Below, piece after piece: positions 46,965-56,243 of a stretch of 64,000 bases of DNA. The DNA is taken from positions 186,001 through 250,000 of the IMG/VR virus record IMGVR_UViG_3300034072_000926; one strand, 5' to 3'. The notes beneath the pieces were generated by a model. It saw only the letters and a list, made by a program, of their open reading frames with translations. It made no database searches and had not been told where the DNA came from. Position 1 is the first letter of the stretch; the number at the start of each line of letters is the position of its first letter. The position numbers and the translations under genes were made by a program.

Positions 46965-47248
46965 TCTGAGATTGGCTTACCGCCAGTTAGTTCATAGACC
47001 TTGAACTTGTCGGTCTTGAACAACTTGTTGAGCTTTTCCGCTAGGTTGAAAGCATGTCCAGGATTGCTGAACGACACTTTCTTATACTTAGGGCCTGGAT
47101 AATTGATCAAACTGTTGATCGATCTTAGATTAATTGGCTTTCCATCATAGAAAACAGCGTAGATCGCTTCGGCCTCAAGAACTTGTTCAGCCTTGTAGGT
47201 CTTGGGATCCGTGTAGTCCAGAAGGATTTTCGGCTTAGGACGAGACAT
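46961..47248 (-). CDS. Conserved jumbo-phage hypothetical protein
   Basis: MSRPKPKILL...KYKKVSFSNPGHAFNLA. GAGG RBS and TAAATA at 47276-47281. Confidence 0.7.
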   Translation of the reverse strand: MSRPKPKILLDYTDPKTYKAEQVLEAEAIYAVFYDGKPINLRSINSLINYPGPKYKKVSFSNPGHAFNLAEKLNKLFKTDKFKVYELTGGKPISE

Positions 47249-47285
47249 TTGCGACCTCTCTATTAAACACAAAGATATTTATCCA

Positions 47286-47313
47286 TTGACATTTGGAACA
47301 GGGCTGTTAGAAC
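47286..47313 (+). promoter_or_regulatory. Sigma70-like promoter, leaderless coaE-coaD transcript
   Basis: TTGACA-N16-TAGAAC, with the ATG 6 nt downstream. Confidence 0.5.
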
Positions 47314-47319
47314 ACGGGT

Positions 47320-47901
47320 ATGACTCAATATAAACGAATCGTAGGTCTTTCAGGAGGCATGGGTGCAGGCAAGTCCACACTCGTTGCTGTTATTCTGGAA
47401 AATGGCATTCCTGTTTGGGATGCAGACAAGGCTGTTCATGCTCTCTATGAGACTGAGGGCTTTGTCGATGAAATCTCAAGCAAATTGGGAATCAGGACGC
47501 GAGCAGAGGCTGCTGCCCTAATCGTTCAGGACCCAAGTGTTCTTCCTATACTGGAAAAGCTTGCCGAGGAATGGCTCGAAGCTGACTTCCAAGTGTTCAT
47601 GAGCAAGCATGAGTCGGCAAAGTTCGTGATCATGGACGTTCCACTGCTTTATGAGCAGGGATGGGACGAACTCTGTGATTCGGTGATTATTGTCCAATGT
47701 CCCAGGGCTATCCGCGAAGAGCGCGTGATGAAACGGCCTGGTATGACTCCTGAGAAGATGAAGCTTCTCATGGACAAGCAACTTAGCGATGAAGAACGTC
47801 TAGACCGGGGTAACTTCATCGTCTACACTGACAGCGATATTGAGGATAGTCGTCACATTATGACAGGCATCCTCACACACCTTCAGGAGTTTTACGCATG
47901 A
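47320..47901 (+). CDS. coaE: Dephospho-CoA kinase
   Basis: GLSGGMGAGKST, DADKAVH, DVPLLYE. Confidence 0.85.
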   Translation: MTQYKRIVGLSGGMGAGKSTLVAVILENGIPVWDADKAVHALYETEGFVDEISSKLGIRTRAEAAALIVQDPSVLPILEKLAEEWLEADFQVFMSKHESAKFVIMDVPLLYEQGWDELCDSVIIVQCPRAIREERVMKRPGMTPEKMKLLMDKQLSDEERLDRGNFIVYTDSDIEDSRHIMTGILTHLQEFYA

Positions 47902-48446
47902 CCGCAGTTGGTCTTTATGCTGGTTCATTCGACCCTCTAACCCGTGGTCATCTGGACATCATATGCAAGGCTGTTCAGACCTTCGAGACAACCTACGTGG
48001 CTTGTGCGAGGAATGCAGCGAAGAAGGGACTCTTCGCGATTGCAGATCGTCTGGATCTGATTCAGAGCTCCTGTGAGGAATGGGAGAATCCCATCCTCAA
48101 ACAAGCAATCTCGCAAGGTCGTTTGCAGTTTGGTTCCTATGAGGGAATCAGCATCATCAAGTATGCAAACCAAATTGGCGCAACCCACATTGTTCGTGGT
48201 CTTCGACAGGCCGGCGATTTCAATGATGAGTTCGCGTTGACTGGTATTGCGGGTCAACTGGACAGCAATGTGATCTTCACACATTTCATCGGCAAGGAGA
48301 AATACCTGCATGTCTCGAGTTCAACGGCTCGGGAACTCGCGAGTTTGAATGAAGATGTCAGCTGGCTTGTCACTCCTAGTGTCGAGCACGCCTTGAAGGT
48401 GGTATTCAGCGGAGGGCAACTAGCCGCTCACCCCTACAAGCCGTAA
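47898..48446 (+). CDS. coaD: Phosphopantetheine adenylyltransferase
   Basis: YAGSFDPLTRGHLDII, IVRGLR..GDF..E, VSSS. Confidence 0.9.
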   Translation: MTAVGLYAGSFDPLTRGHLDIICKAVQTFETTYVACARNAAKKGLFAIADRLDLIQSSCEEWENPILKQAISQGRLQFGSYEGISIIKYANQIGATHIVRGLRQAGDFNDEFALTGIAGQLDSNVIFTHFIGKEKYLHVSSSTARELASLNEDVSWLVTPSVEHALKVVFSGGQLAAHPYKP

Positions 48447-48484
48447 ATATTAGATCGAGAAACAATCTCGACTAGGAGAATAAT

Positions 48485-48697
48485 ATGGATGCCGGTTTTC
48501 TATTGATGTTTGTCATGTGGCTGTTCCTGATGTTTGCAATTCCAGGAGCCATTTTTGCCATCTACAAAGAAACACAGGAGAGAACGATTTGTTCTCCCCT
48601 GATCGTCTCACTTCTCGTCATCACAGTTTGTATGGCCTACGCTTTCTACATATTCACGCAGGTCTGCTTCCCAGTTGTTCGCGCGCTCTTCCTGTAA
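48485..48697 (+). CDS. Small two-TM membrane protein
   Basis: AGGAG RBS, TAAATA at 48444, hydrophobic. It overlaps the 3' end of the opposing ORF. Confidence 0.5.
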   Translation: MDAGFLLMFVMWLFLMFAIPGAIFAIYKETQERTICSPLIVSLLVITVCMAYAFYIFTQVCFPVVRALFL

Positions 48698-48895
48698 GGT
48701 AGCGTGACCGAACCACTTACGGGGATTGCCACAACAGTGGCTTGAACAAGGATGAGGGGTGGTTGCGCTTTTGCGGAGCCACTTTTCACGCTTTTCAGGA
48801 TCGTGAGAACCCCACCATCCTACCTTGCTGGCACGAACTTTCGCACGAGCGATTGCACGCTCTCGTTGAGCACGCCTCCAAGACCTATCTCGCAT
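48608..48895 (-). CDS. Basic Arg-rich protein with CxxxCCGNPRK motif
   Basis: GGAGG RBS; 'PHPCSSHCCGNPRKWFG..TLQE'. Confidence 0.65.
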   Translation of the reverse strand: MRDRSWRRAQRERAIARAKVRASKVGWWGSHDPEKREKWLRKSATTPHPCSSHCCGNPRKWFGHATLQEERANNWEADLREYVESVGHTNCDDEK

Positions 48896-48936
48896 GTTAA
48901 CCTCCACACGCCTAGGCCCCAGCTTGATTGCCGGGG

Positions 48937-48975
48937 TCAGGGTGTGAGCGGAGGTCCTGAAGTGTAAAAATCCAT
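48937..48975 (-). promoter_or_regulatory. Leader ORF MDFYTSGPPLTP* overlapping an anti-SD arm (putative attenuator)
   Basis: ACCTCC..CACAC in the leader pairs with GTGTGGAGGT, the SD of the gene at 48895. Inner hairpin CCCCGGC-AATCAA-GCTGGGG. Confidence 0.45.
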
Positions 48976-48979
48976 ACCG

Positions 48980-49852
48980 TTACTTACTTGGAACTTCGAT
49001 TTGTGTCAAGGTAAAGGGCGGATTCTCACGTGGATAGCCCCGTGCATTGTTGGCATAGATAACACCATCAATCTCAGTCATCTTCCTCGTGTGAGTGTGG
49101 CCATAGACCCAATAACGGATCTTCTTGTTCACATCTGCTTCCAAGCAATTTTTCAAGCTCGTGTTCACATAGCTTGGAGTGAGCGTATTCCAGAACACAT
49201 CGCCAGCTTTCCACTGCATAATGTCTGCCCTTGGGCTCATATGTGTGGTCATGACAATTGACGCAACATCGTCATCATTCTGAACATCACGGACATTCTC
49301 AGCCAGCTGAACACTCTGTTCCATAGCCATACGAAGAGGACTGCTACCATCGAAATCGGGATAGCGAGAATCGTTGGAATATGAAGCCCATGCGCGTTGT
49401 GCCGTGAAGCTTGTAATGCCTTGATTAGCATAAGCCTCAAAGTCATACCAGCCGGTAGCACCGAAGAATGCCACTCCATCTAGCACGAACGTATCAGTAC
49501 CATCGAGGTAGTGGACATTCGGGAAGGCTTTGAGCTCCTCCTTGAAGAACTCCATGCCGTTCCGAACTGTCATGTCTTCGCCATAATGCTCATGGTTGCC
49601 ATCAACGACAATCACGTGTTCATATTCCTCTGCCGCAGCACCTACGACTTCCTTAGAAGTGAATAGGCTATTCGCAGTATCACCAGCAATGATCAGAACA
49701 CGGCTTTCCGGGTTCTTGTAATAACGCCAGTCGATATGGAGGAACTGTGACTTATATGGTTCACCTGTCCACATGCGACGATCGGGATCATGGAGAATAG
49801 TCTCACCCATCCACTGATCAACATGGAGGTCAGAACAGAAATCAATCTTCAC
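48980..49852 (-). CDS. Calcineurin-like metallophosphoesterase
   Basis: SDLH, AGD, GNHE, THMSP, GHTH. Confidence 0.85.
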   Translation of the reverse strand: MKIDFCSDLHVDQWMGETILHDPDRRMWTGEPYKSQFLHIDWRYYKNPESRVLIIAGDTANSLFTSKEVVGAAAEEYEHVIVVDGNHEHYGEDMTVRNGMEFFKEELKAFPNVHYLDGTDTFVLDGVAFFGATGWYDFEAYANQGITSFTAQRAWASYSNDSRYPDFDGSSPLRMAMEQSVQLAENVRDVQNDDDVASIVMTTHMSPRADIMQWKAGDVFWNTLTPSYVNTSLKNCLEADVNKKIRYWVYGHTHTRKMTEIDGVIYANNARGYPRENPPFTLTQIEVPSK

Positions 49853-50064
49853 TTGAATGATCCTCCAGTCACGACAATCTCTTGAACGCCTGCGTTGGCA
49901 AGTTCTTCGATTTTCTTCAACAGCTCATTCTCCCTCAGGAGCAAAAGAGCCATGCTGTTCGCGAGATCCTGAGCATCATCCATCGACATATTGAATGTCC
50001 GAGTCTGACTCCGGGATTGTTGACGAACGCGGTCAATATACCGCTTGATTACTTCTTGGCTCAC
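49849..50064 (-). CDS. Hypothetical protein
   Basis: Coupled ORF. Confidence 0.6.
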   Translation of the reverse strand: MSQEVIKRYIDRVRQQSRSQTRTFNMSMDDAQDLANSMALLLLRENELLKKIEELANAGVQEIVVTGGSFK

Positions 50065-50528
50065 TTATTCTGACTCGACTGGATGTTCTCTTGTGTGGTC
50101 AGCATTGTGACGTGGTTGCTCAGCTCTAGCTTGGACTTGAACGGACCAACGCTTTCGTAGTCCTCAGTAGTCTTCTGTTTGGGACAGCAAACAAGTGTCC
50201 AACCCTTGGGGAATTTGAGACCCCAATAGCCTGCACAGAACACAACCTTACCGCCAATGGTATAGAGAGGTGGCTTCTCGCTCTTAATCACGATATGCTC
50301 GTGGCGAACCGCATAGCCTGCAATGTGACTATGCTCAGTGTCTTCAGCCCGCTCTTCAATCTTGAGTTTGCCGAACTTCTTTTCAACCGCATCGTAGCTT
50401 TCGAACTCGATACGGCTTTGAGGGCTCATAAAGAGATATCCCTCGTCGGTCTTGAACAAAAGACCAGATGTGCCTGAACTTGCACGGATGAGCCAGCTAT
50501 TGCTGGTTAGTTGGAGCATTTTGCTCAT
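50061..50528 (-). CDS. Conserved phage hypothetical protein
   Basis: 'FCAGYW...CPK...YESVGPFK'; GGAGG RBS. Confidence 0.65.
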   Translation of the reverse strand: MSKMLQLTSNSWLIRASSGTSGLLFKTDEGYLFMSPQSRIEFESYDAVEKKFGKLKIEERAEDTEHSHIAGYAVRHEHIVIKSEKPPLYTIGGKVVFCAGYWGLKFPKGWTLVCCPKQKTTEDYESVGPFKSKLELSNHVTMLTTQENIQSSQNK

Positions 50529-50585
50529 TGCGACCTCCGGTTAATAGAACTACCGTAGCAGACCTATTAGCCAGAGTGCAATAAA

Positions 50586-50945
50586 TCAGTCAGCTTTATC
50601 AGTAGTGTCTGAGGTTCCCGCAGAAGCACTCTCAGGGCGGTCGATGCCCATAGCCTCATACGCAGCATGGAAGAACGGTCTCGTTCTGTCGCGTTCTTCT
50701 CCGACGCTTAAGATACCCTTAACAGCGAGGACACCTTGTATGAAACCAATCCAACGCGAAGTCTTGTCCGTTGGCCAAACATCCACCATCTTTGTTGCTT
50801 GATTCAACATCCAGTAGAGGTTCGCAACATCAGTCTCTTTGACGACTTCAACGATGAGTTGCTGTCTGGTATAGTTGTTCATCAGCATCTCCCCCAGACC
50901 GTTGAGGGTCTGAAGGAGTGCGGCGCGAAGCGGGGCGTCGTTCAT
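50586..50945 (-). CDS. Hypothetical protein
   Basis: 'DKTSRWIGFIQGVL...ERDRTRPFFH'. Confidence 0.6.
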   Translation of the reverse strand: MNDAPLRAALLQTLNGLGEMLMNNYTRQQLIVEVVKETDVANLYWMLNQATKMVDVWPTDKTSRWIGFIQGVLAVKGILSVGEERDRTRPFFHAAYEAMGIDRPESASAGTSDTTDKAD

Positions 50946-51373
50946 TCGGCAGATTCTTCGACTACCGGACGGTAATAGTCCGAAGATGCGCGACCATCTA
51001 GACGATGATCGTCATTCTTGTCATTGGCCCAGGCCGACACGATATAACCCTCACGAGCAAGAACATACGAATAGTCGTATTTCTCGTCCAGGTTATGGAT
51101 ACGGATCAGCATCTTCTGGATGCGGTTCATGGATTCGCCGAACTCGTTGAGGACTTCATAATACTCAACAAGAGTGTTGGCAGAGTGGAAGATTTCCTCG
51201 CGGGTCGGCAGAGGAATGATCCCACGCTTGTCTTCAATCAACTGTTCGGCGGCGTGATAAGTCACATCCACATCAGTGATCTGTCCGAGGAACTCCATGC
51301 ACATTTGGCCAGTGTTCTCAGGGAAGTAAATCTTGTGGTGGTAGCGACGAAGATTAGGGCGCTGGCGCGACAT
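50942..51373 (-). CDS. Hypothetical protein
   Basis: Likely start MSRQRP at 51373. Confidence 0.55.
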   Translation of the reverse strand: MSRQRPNLRRYHHKIYFPENTGQMCMEFLGQITDVDVTYHAAEQLIEDKRGIIPLPTREEIFHSANTLVEYYEVLNEFGESMNRIQKMLIRIHNLDEKYDYSYVLAREGYIVSAWANDKNDDHRLDGRASSDYYRPVVEESAE

Positions 51374-51374
51374 T

Positions 51375-51941
51375 TTATGCGATCTCCTTGAGCAGCTCTT
51401 CGACTTTCTTGCGATCACAGAGCTTGCGATTCTTAAAACGAGTGTCGGTGCTGGGAACGGCATATCGGAGATATTCCTTCACCAGCGGATGCAATTTGTC
51501 CGGTGGACCAGCCCTTGCTGGAACTTCAAACTCAGCCATGGCCAAGTAGATACCGTCTGCATCTCGGAAGAAATCAATCTCCCAAACACCTGAGGTATTG
51601 TTACAGGGTAACATGAACCGCGTCTTTGTCAGCTTGTGATCAGCCTCGCTCCACGCTAGGTCGAAATCATCGTCACTCATAGGAGTTTCGATCTCAAGAC
51701 AACCTGGCTGTTGAGTCAGGTCGAACTTATAAGTGAAGATCTTCTCGACGATCATTTCGTCAAGTGTCTCTCCGCTCTTTACAGACCATTCGCGCTTGCG
51801 AATGCGTCCCCCCTTACCGAGATACGCTTGTTCGATCTCGGCTCGTCCCACGATCAAGCCTGATGTGCTGATGGGATTTAGTCGATTCCACAGCTCATCC
51901 GCCGAACGCAGGAGATACTTAAATTCTAACTCGATTGGCAT
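51375..51941 (-). CDS. CYTH-domain (triphosphate tunnel metalloenzyme) protein
   Basis: N-terminal ExExK (IELEFKY), IEQAYL, KTRF, WEIDFF, AEFE. Confidence 0.8.
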   Translation of the reverse strand: MPIELEFKYLLRSADELWNRLNPISTSGLIVGRAEIEQAYLGKGGRIRKREWSVKSGETLDEMIVEKIFTYKFDLTQQPGCLEIETPMSDDDFDLAWSEADHKLTKTRFMLPCNNTSGVWEIDFFRDADGIYLAMAEFEVPARAGPPDKLHPLVKEYLRYAVPSTDTRFKNRKLCDRKKVEELLKEIA

Positions 51942-52045
51942 ATTATGCAACTTTCCCCTACGCTCATGTGTTGTATTGCTTCGTAGGGGCGGTGATGTCA
52001 ACACCTTAATGATGAAGAAACATCACCGCCTCGGTTAACCCTTTG

Positions 52046-53095
52046 TCAGACCTTTGTGTATGACGCCTGTAGCACTGTTGCGTAATCGTTAGGATTCTTT
52101 GCTAGGTTGGGTAGATTCATCTCCTCACAAAACTTGAGGAAGTAAATGCCCACGCCTTGCTTCCTGGGAGCCTGACAGGCCTCGATAATCACAGAATCCA
52201 TAAGTTCTTTGATATCGTCAGGCTGTTGCCTCAGGTCGATGAGATGTTGATTTCGCTTGTAGGCGTCAAGAACCTTGATCATGTTGCCCTCGTGGTCTTC
52301 CCATTCGTCTTGCATGAACATTGTCCAATCGTAGCCACGACCATGACGATCCTCAAAAGCTTCCTTGATACCTGGCTTCTTAGAAGAGCCATTCTCGCGA
52401 ACGCCTGGCTTGGCAGACATGATATTATCCGATGCGTCGCCGCGGATAATCTTCTTGAAGAGTTCATAGTCCGGATTAGGAGGTGTTAGTTCCTCCTTGA
52501 CCTTCTTCTTAACCTCTCGTTCCTTGCCCGTCTTGCCGATGAACTTTTCCGTAACGGTCTTTTCCTTAACGGCGGGTTTACCGTTCTCATCTAGCACGCT
52601 ATCAAGGGAGATTGTAACGCCCTTCACACCATCATGGATGCGAACATTGGGAGCGAGCAGCTGGTAGAAGTCTGAGTCACTCGACATAATAATGTGCTGA
52701 TCGTCTGGATGCAGGTCGATCCAACGAGCAATGAAGTCGTCTGCCTCGCAACCCGGCGATTCCAAGATGGTCACATTCGTGCGCTTGCGGAGGAATTCAA
52801 TAAAGACTTTCATCGTGTCGAAGAAGAACTCATCCTCTTCACGTTCGCTCTTTGTCTTGAGTGCATCCTGAACCCGACGATGTGCCTTGTATTCGGGATA
52901 GACGTCTTTGCGCCACGAGCTCTTATCCAGAGCCACGACCACGTGAGTGGCCTTATATTCGCGCCACAGTTTCCTGAGGCTGTTGAAGGCAATCTGAAGA
53001 GTGTTACCAGCTTTCAAAGCGGCATCACCTTGGATGACATGCCTTGCGCGGTGAAACAGATTGCTCAAGTCAACGATTGCATATGTTGCAGTCAT
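52046..53095 (-). CDS. rnh: RNase H / 5'-3' exonuclease (T4 rnh-like)
   Basis: IVDLSN, SWRK..YPEYK, EADD, SSDSDF.QL, GDASDNI. Confidence 0.85.
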   Translation of the reverse strand: MTATYAIVDLSNLFHRARHVIQGDAALKAGNTLQIAFNSLRKLWREYKATHVVVALDKSSWRKDVYPEYKAHRRVQDALKTKSEREEDEFFFDTMKVFIEFLRKRTNVTILESPGCEADDFIARWIDLHPDDQHIIMSSDSDFYQLLAPNVRIHDGVKGVTISLDSVLDENGKPAVKEKTVTEKFIGKTGKEREVKKKVKEELTPPNPDYELFKKIIRGDASDNIMSAKPGVRENGSSKKPGIKEAFEDRHGRGYDWTMFMQDEWEDHEGNMIKVLDAYKRNQHLIDLRQQPDDIKELMDSVIIEACQAPRKQGVGIYFLKFCEEMNLPNLAKNPNDYATVLQASYTKV

Positions 53096-53151
53096 AAAAA
53101 CTCCTGAGTGTCACCTATCTTAACACTCAGGAGTCCTATTTGTCATTATTC

Positions 53152-54006
53152 TTAGCGGTATTCAGTCAACCCGTCATCCCTGCGAGTTTTCTGGCTTCCT
53201 GCCATTGGCATTGGATCATCATCACCTGTATCGATGGAATCAAGATCCTCAAGATGAAGGTTGTGCTTCATCATTGCCTCGAACCATTTGTCAACGGCTT
53301 CCTCAGCAGTGGATCCTACATAGCCCAGAGTCTCAATGAACTGAACAAAGTGTTCATTCCAATCCAACTCAATAGCCATCCTCACCCCGCTACCATTTGT
53401 CGCGTGATCAGCGCCTATGATATTGAACCAAGGCTCTCTGAGCAAATTAGCAACACTCTTATCATGACCGTTCTGGTCAATGTTGCCCCACTTTAGCTCT
53501 AGGTCCAACTGAGCAATCTGATAGTCGATGGAAGTCTTATCCTCAAACTTCATATCAAGCAGTTCGTGATCGGCTTCCTCTTCAGTCTTCTTCTGGAAGC
53601 GAACATCAAGCTTCAGCTTTTCCTTCTGATACTGTTCAGTGTCCTTGACTGCATAGGATAGCTCAAACAGCTTGTATTCAAGTTCCTCAGCAGTGAGTCG
53701 ACCATAGCGGTTCAGGTATTTCGCTACTTCACGTTCGCGATCAATATCAACCAACTTAGGATCGTTCTCGAGAAGTCCTAGACCATAGTCAAACTCGCCA
53801 ATCTTATGAAAGCGATAGTCAAGCTTCAGTTTATCGTAACGATACTCCTTGGACTCCTTGTCATCATGCTCGATTTCCAGAAGGCGATAGGCTAGATCCT
53901 CACCATCCCAATGATATTCCGCAAAAGCAACTTCGCGTCGCTTGCCAGCTAGGCCCCAATTGGCCGGCCACCAGCCGAATGGGACGATTCGTGTAATCTT
54001 TGCCAT
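53152..54006 (-). CDS. Conserved jumbo-phage hypothetical protein
   Basis: C-terminal 'ELDWNEHFV...GYVG...EEAVDKWF'. Confidence 0.6.
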   Translation of the reverse strand: MAKITRIVPFGWWPANWGLAGKRREVAFAEYHWDGEDLAYRLLEIEHDDKESKEYRYDKLKLDYRFHKIGEFDYGLGLLENDPKLVDIDREREVAKYLNRYGRLTAEELEYKLFELSYAVKDTEQYQKEKLKLDVRFQKKTEEEADHELLDMKFEDKTSIDYQIAQLDLELKWGNIDQNGHDKSVANLLREPWFNIIGADHATNGSGVRMAIELDWNEHFVQFIETLGYVGSTAEEAVDKWFEAMMKHNLHLEDLDSIDTGDDDPMPMAGSQKTRRDDGLTEYR

Positions 54007-54015
54007 ATTATCCTC

Positions 54016-54546
54016 TTACTTTACTGGAGTATTTACCCCAATGAGGTTAAGAATCTGGGTCATACGGTCAACTTCAGGGTTATTGGTCACACGACTGTAG
54101 GTAATCTGCTTCCTATTCAGAAGATTGACCATCGCGGAATCGACCTCAACGGCCTCTTCTGCAGTCTGATTCCTACCAGCAGTCTGGTAAGCAAAGTCGC
54201 GACCGATTAAGAAGTTGTGATTGTCGTATGAGTTGAAGACGTCCATGACGAACGGTTCAAAGGTTTCATAATAGTTCTCAGGTGCATAGACCAAACCAAT
54301 AGGTAATGGACTATCCGTGATCACATACTCGACCTGACCCTTGAGACGCTCAAGGCGACGATTCTGTTTCGCGAGAATGTAGAGCTGGTCACCAAGGACA
54401 TTGTGACGCTTTTCCCACGTCATGTCCTTGGCATACTCAGTCACAAGCTCAACGGGAATCTGTAGCTTCTTCATTTCGAAGAAGAGACCAGCGGCAGTGG
54501 TTGACTTGCCTGCTCCTGGCCCGCCCCAGATATTGATTACCTTCAT
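54016..54546 (-). CDS. P-loop nucleotide kinase (NadR/AAA_28-like)
   Basis: GGPGAGKST, EYAK, ITDSPL, GRNQ. Confidence 0.7.
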   Translation of the reverse strand: MKVINIWGGPGAGKSTTAAGLFFEMKKLQIPVELVTEYAKDMTWEKRHNVLGDQLYILAKQNRRLERLKGQVEYVITDSPLPIGLVYAPENYYETFEPFVMDVFNSYDNHNFLIGRDFAYQTAGRNQTAEEAVEVDSAMVNLLNRKQITYSRVTNNPEVDRMTQILNLIGVNTPVK

Positions 54547-54812
54547 ATATTCCTCCACCCGACAATCTCAACTTCTTCACGGCTATGAATGAAATGAACT
54601 TTGAGATAATCTGGCAATTGTTGGTATTGAGCAGGTGAAATATAAGAACCAGTTGGCCTACGAATTCCATAAACCATGATAGGATAAGCAGACAAGGCTA
54701 TCATAATCTTGATCGAATCAGCTGTCGAAATAGTATAGAGACTTTCAAGAGGACGATAGATATCTAGTTCCATCGTCTTAGGCGCTTTGGCCTTCCTAAA
54801 CCAACCGAACAT
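54543..54812 (-). CDS. Hypothetical protein
   Basis: Likely start MFGWFR at 54812. Confidence 0.5.
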   Translation of the reverse strand: MFGWFRKAKAPKTMELDIYRPLESLYTISTADSIKIMIALSAYPIMVYGIRRPTGSYISPAQYQQLPDYLKVHFIHSREEVEIVGWRNI

Positions 54813-54813
54813 C

Positions 54814-55743
54814 TTACTTTCCAATAATATTGCCAAAGCACCAAGTGTGAACACGTAGGGCTACGGAATAACCACGCTCCACTGCCTGTTCAGCAATAAT
54901 AGCCTGATGGCTTTCCTGCATCTCACGGTCAGCACCAACAGGCATAATCCAAACGTCCCAATCAATACCGGCTTTGCGATATGCTTCAGTTGCCCTCGCA
55001 ACTTCATCCCAAGAACGATCAGTGCCGTTGCTGACGAACTTCAACTGACCATGATCGCTGATTGCCTTATAGTGGGCAAGAACGTCTGGCTTGATCGCGT
55101 TGTCCCAAAGTTCGCCCGAGAGATAGAGCTTAGGGCTTACAGACCAGAACAGTTCTGTATCACAAGCCACTGCATCATGATCTGCATCGAGCAGCTTCGT
55201 TGGACGCTCCCTGAAATCTCCATTGAAGAAGTTCTCAAAAGCAGGGCGAGGCTTCTGCGTTCCATTTGTTTCAATGGTAACGAAACGAGGCATGTTGTAA
55301 CGCTTGCGGAAGTTCTGCATCACATCAACAACTGCGGTCTGGCTCATCATTGGTTCGCCGCCGGTGAAAGCCATGTGGTGCCACTGCTTCGAGGTAGGAT
55401 GTTCAAACTTACCACCAGGTAGAGTTGCTTCAATCTTGTCACAGATTTCAGCAGCCGTGTTCTGATGAGCAAGGTGTGAGAACCTCTTGGACCATGAGTA
55501 GCTCGAATCACAGCCCCTGTGGAAAACTGGAAGAGCTTCCATAGACTTGTATTCCGAAGGATCAATCTTCAGATAGTCCAGGTCGTAGGTCTCTGGCTTA
55601 TCGGGCTGTTCCTGACCGAAGCCCGCACATTCGAAGTTGCAACCCCAAACTCGCAACCATGCTGTTGGACGACCGGTGTAAGCACCTTCACCCTGGAATG
55701 TTTGTCCGAAGATCTCGGAGTATCGATATTTCTTTTCAGTCAT
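54814..55743 (-). CDS. queE: 7-carboxy-7-deazaguanine synthase (radical SAM)
   Basis: SEIF.TFQGEG..TG.P..WLR..GCNFEC...GCDS, FTGGEP, IETNGT, SVSPK, R.H. Confidence 0.85.
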   Translation of the reverse strand: MTEKKYRYSEIFGQTFQGEGAYTGRPTAWLRVWGCNFECAGFGQEQPDKPETYDLDYLKIDPSEYKSMEALPVFHRGCDSSYSWSKRFSHLAHQNTAAEICDKIEATLPGGKFEHPTSKQWHHMAFTGGEPMMSQTAVVDVMQNFRKRYNMPRFVTIETNGTQKPRPAFENFFNGDFRERPTKLLDADHDAVACDTELFWSVSPKLYLSGELWDNAIKPDVLAHYKAISDHGQLKFVSNGTDRSWDEVARATEAYRKAGIDWDVWIMPVGADREMQESHQAIIAEQAVERGYSVALRVHTWCFGNIIGK

Positions 55744-56243
55744 GCTTTCCACCATTCCTCGTAGGGAAAGATCACCCAGGAATCATCTTCGCTGCGATTG
55801 ATCTCTCGACCTGCATAATTGGGCTCGAAGAGATCCTGGCCAATGTTGTTCCACAATACTGCAGACTTGAGCTCGTTGGAGCAATCATATTCGTCCGCAT
55901 TATCTAGGTGGCACAGGATTTCATCCAGCTGGTCCACTACATTACGGAGAGTATCCCCGCCATCGCAAATATCATCTACGAGTAGGACCTTTTTCTTTGC
56001 CTTGATCTTCAGCGCAACATCGTTGATTTCAGATGCCTGACTGACCTTGCGATCACGAAGAGAATAGTTGATCACTTCGAGGGGCTTGCCCAGGTAGTGG
56101 CTCAACATTGTGGCGGGCACCAATCCCCCGCGAGCAATACCGACGATGATATCTGGCATGAAAGCATCCAGGGTCATCTGGCGCAGGATCTCTTGAAGGT
56201 CACCGCGCAATTGGGTATTGGTGTAAATGATCTTGTTGGGCAT
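55740..56243 (-). CDS. Type I phosphoribosyltransferase (xanthine/guanine PRT-like)
   Basis: GIARGG, PRPP loop VLLVDDICDGGDT, WVIFPYE. Confidence 0.85.
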   Translation of the reverse strand: MPNKIIYTNTQLRGDLQEILRQMTLDAFMPDIIVGIARGGLVPATMLSHYLGKPLEVINYSLRDRKVSQASEINDVALKIKAKKKVLLVDDICDGGDTLRNVVDQLDEILCHLDNADEYDCSNELKSAVLWNNIGQDLFEPNYAGREINRSEDDSWVIFPYEEWWKA

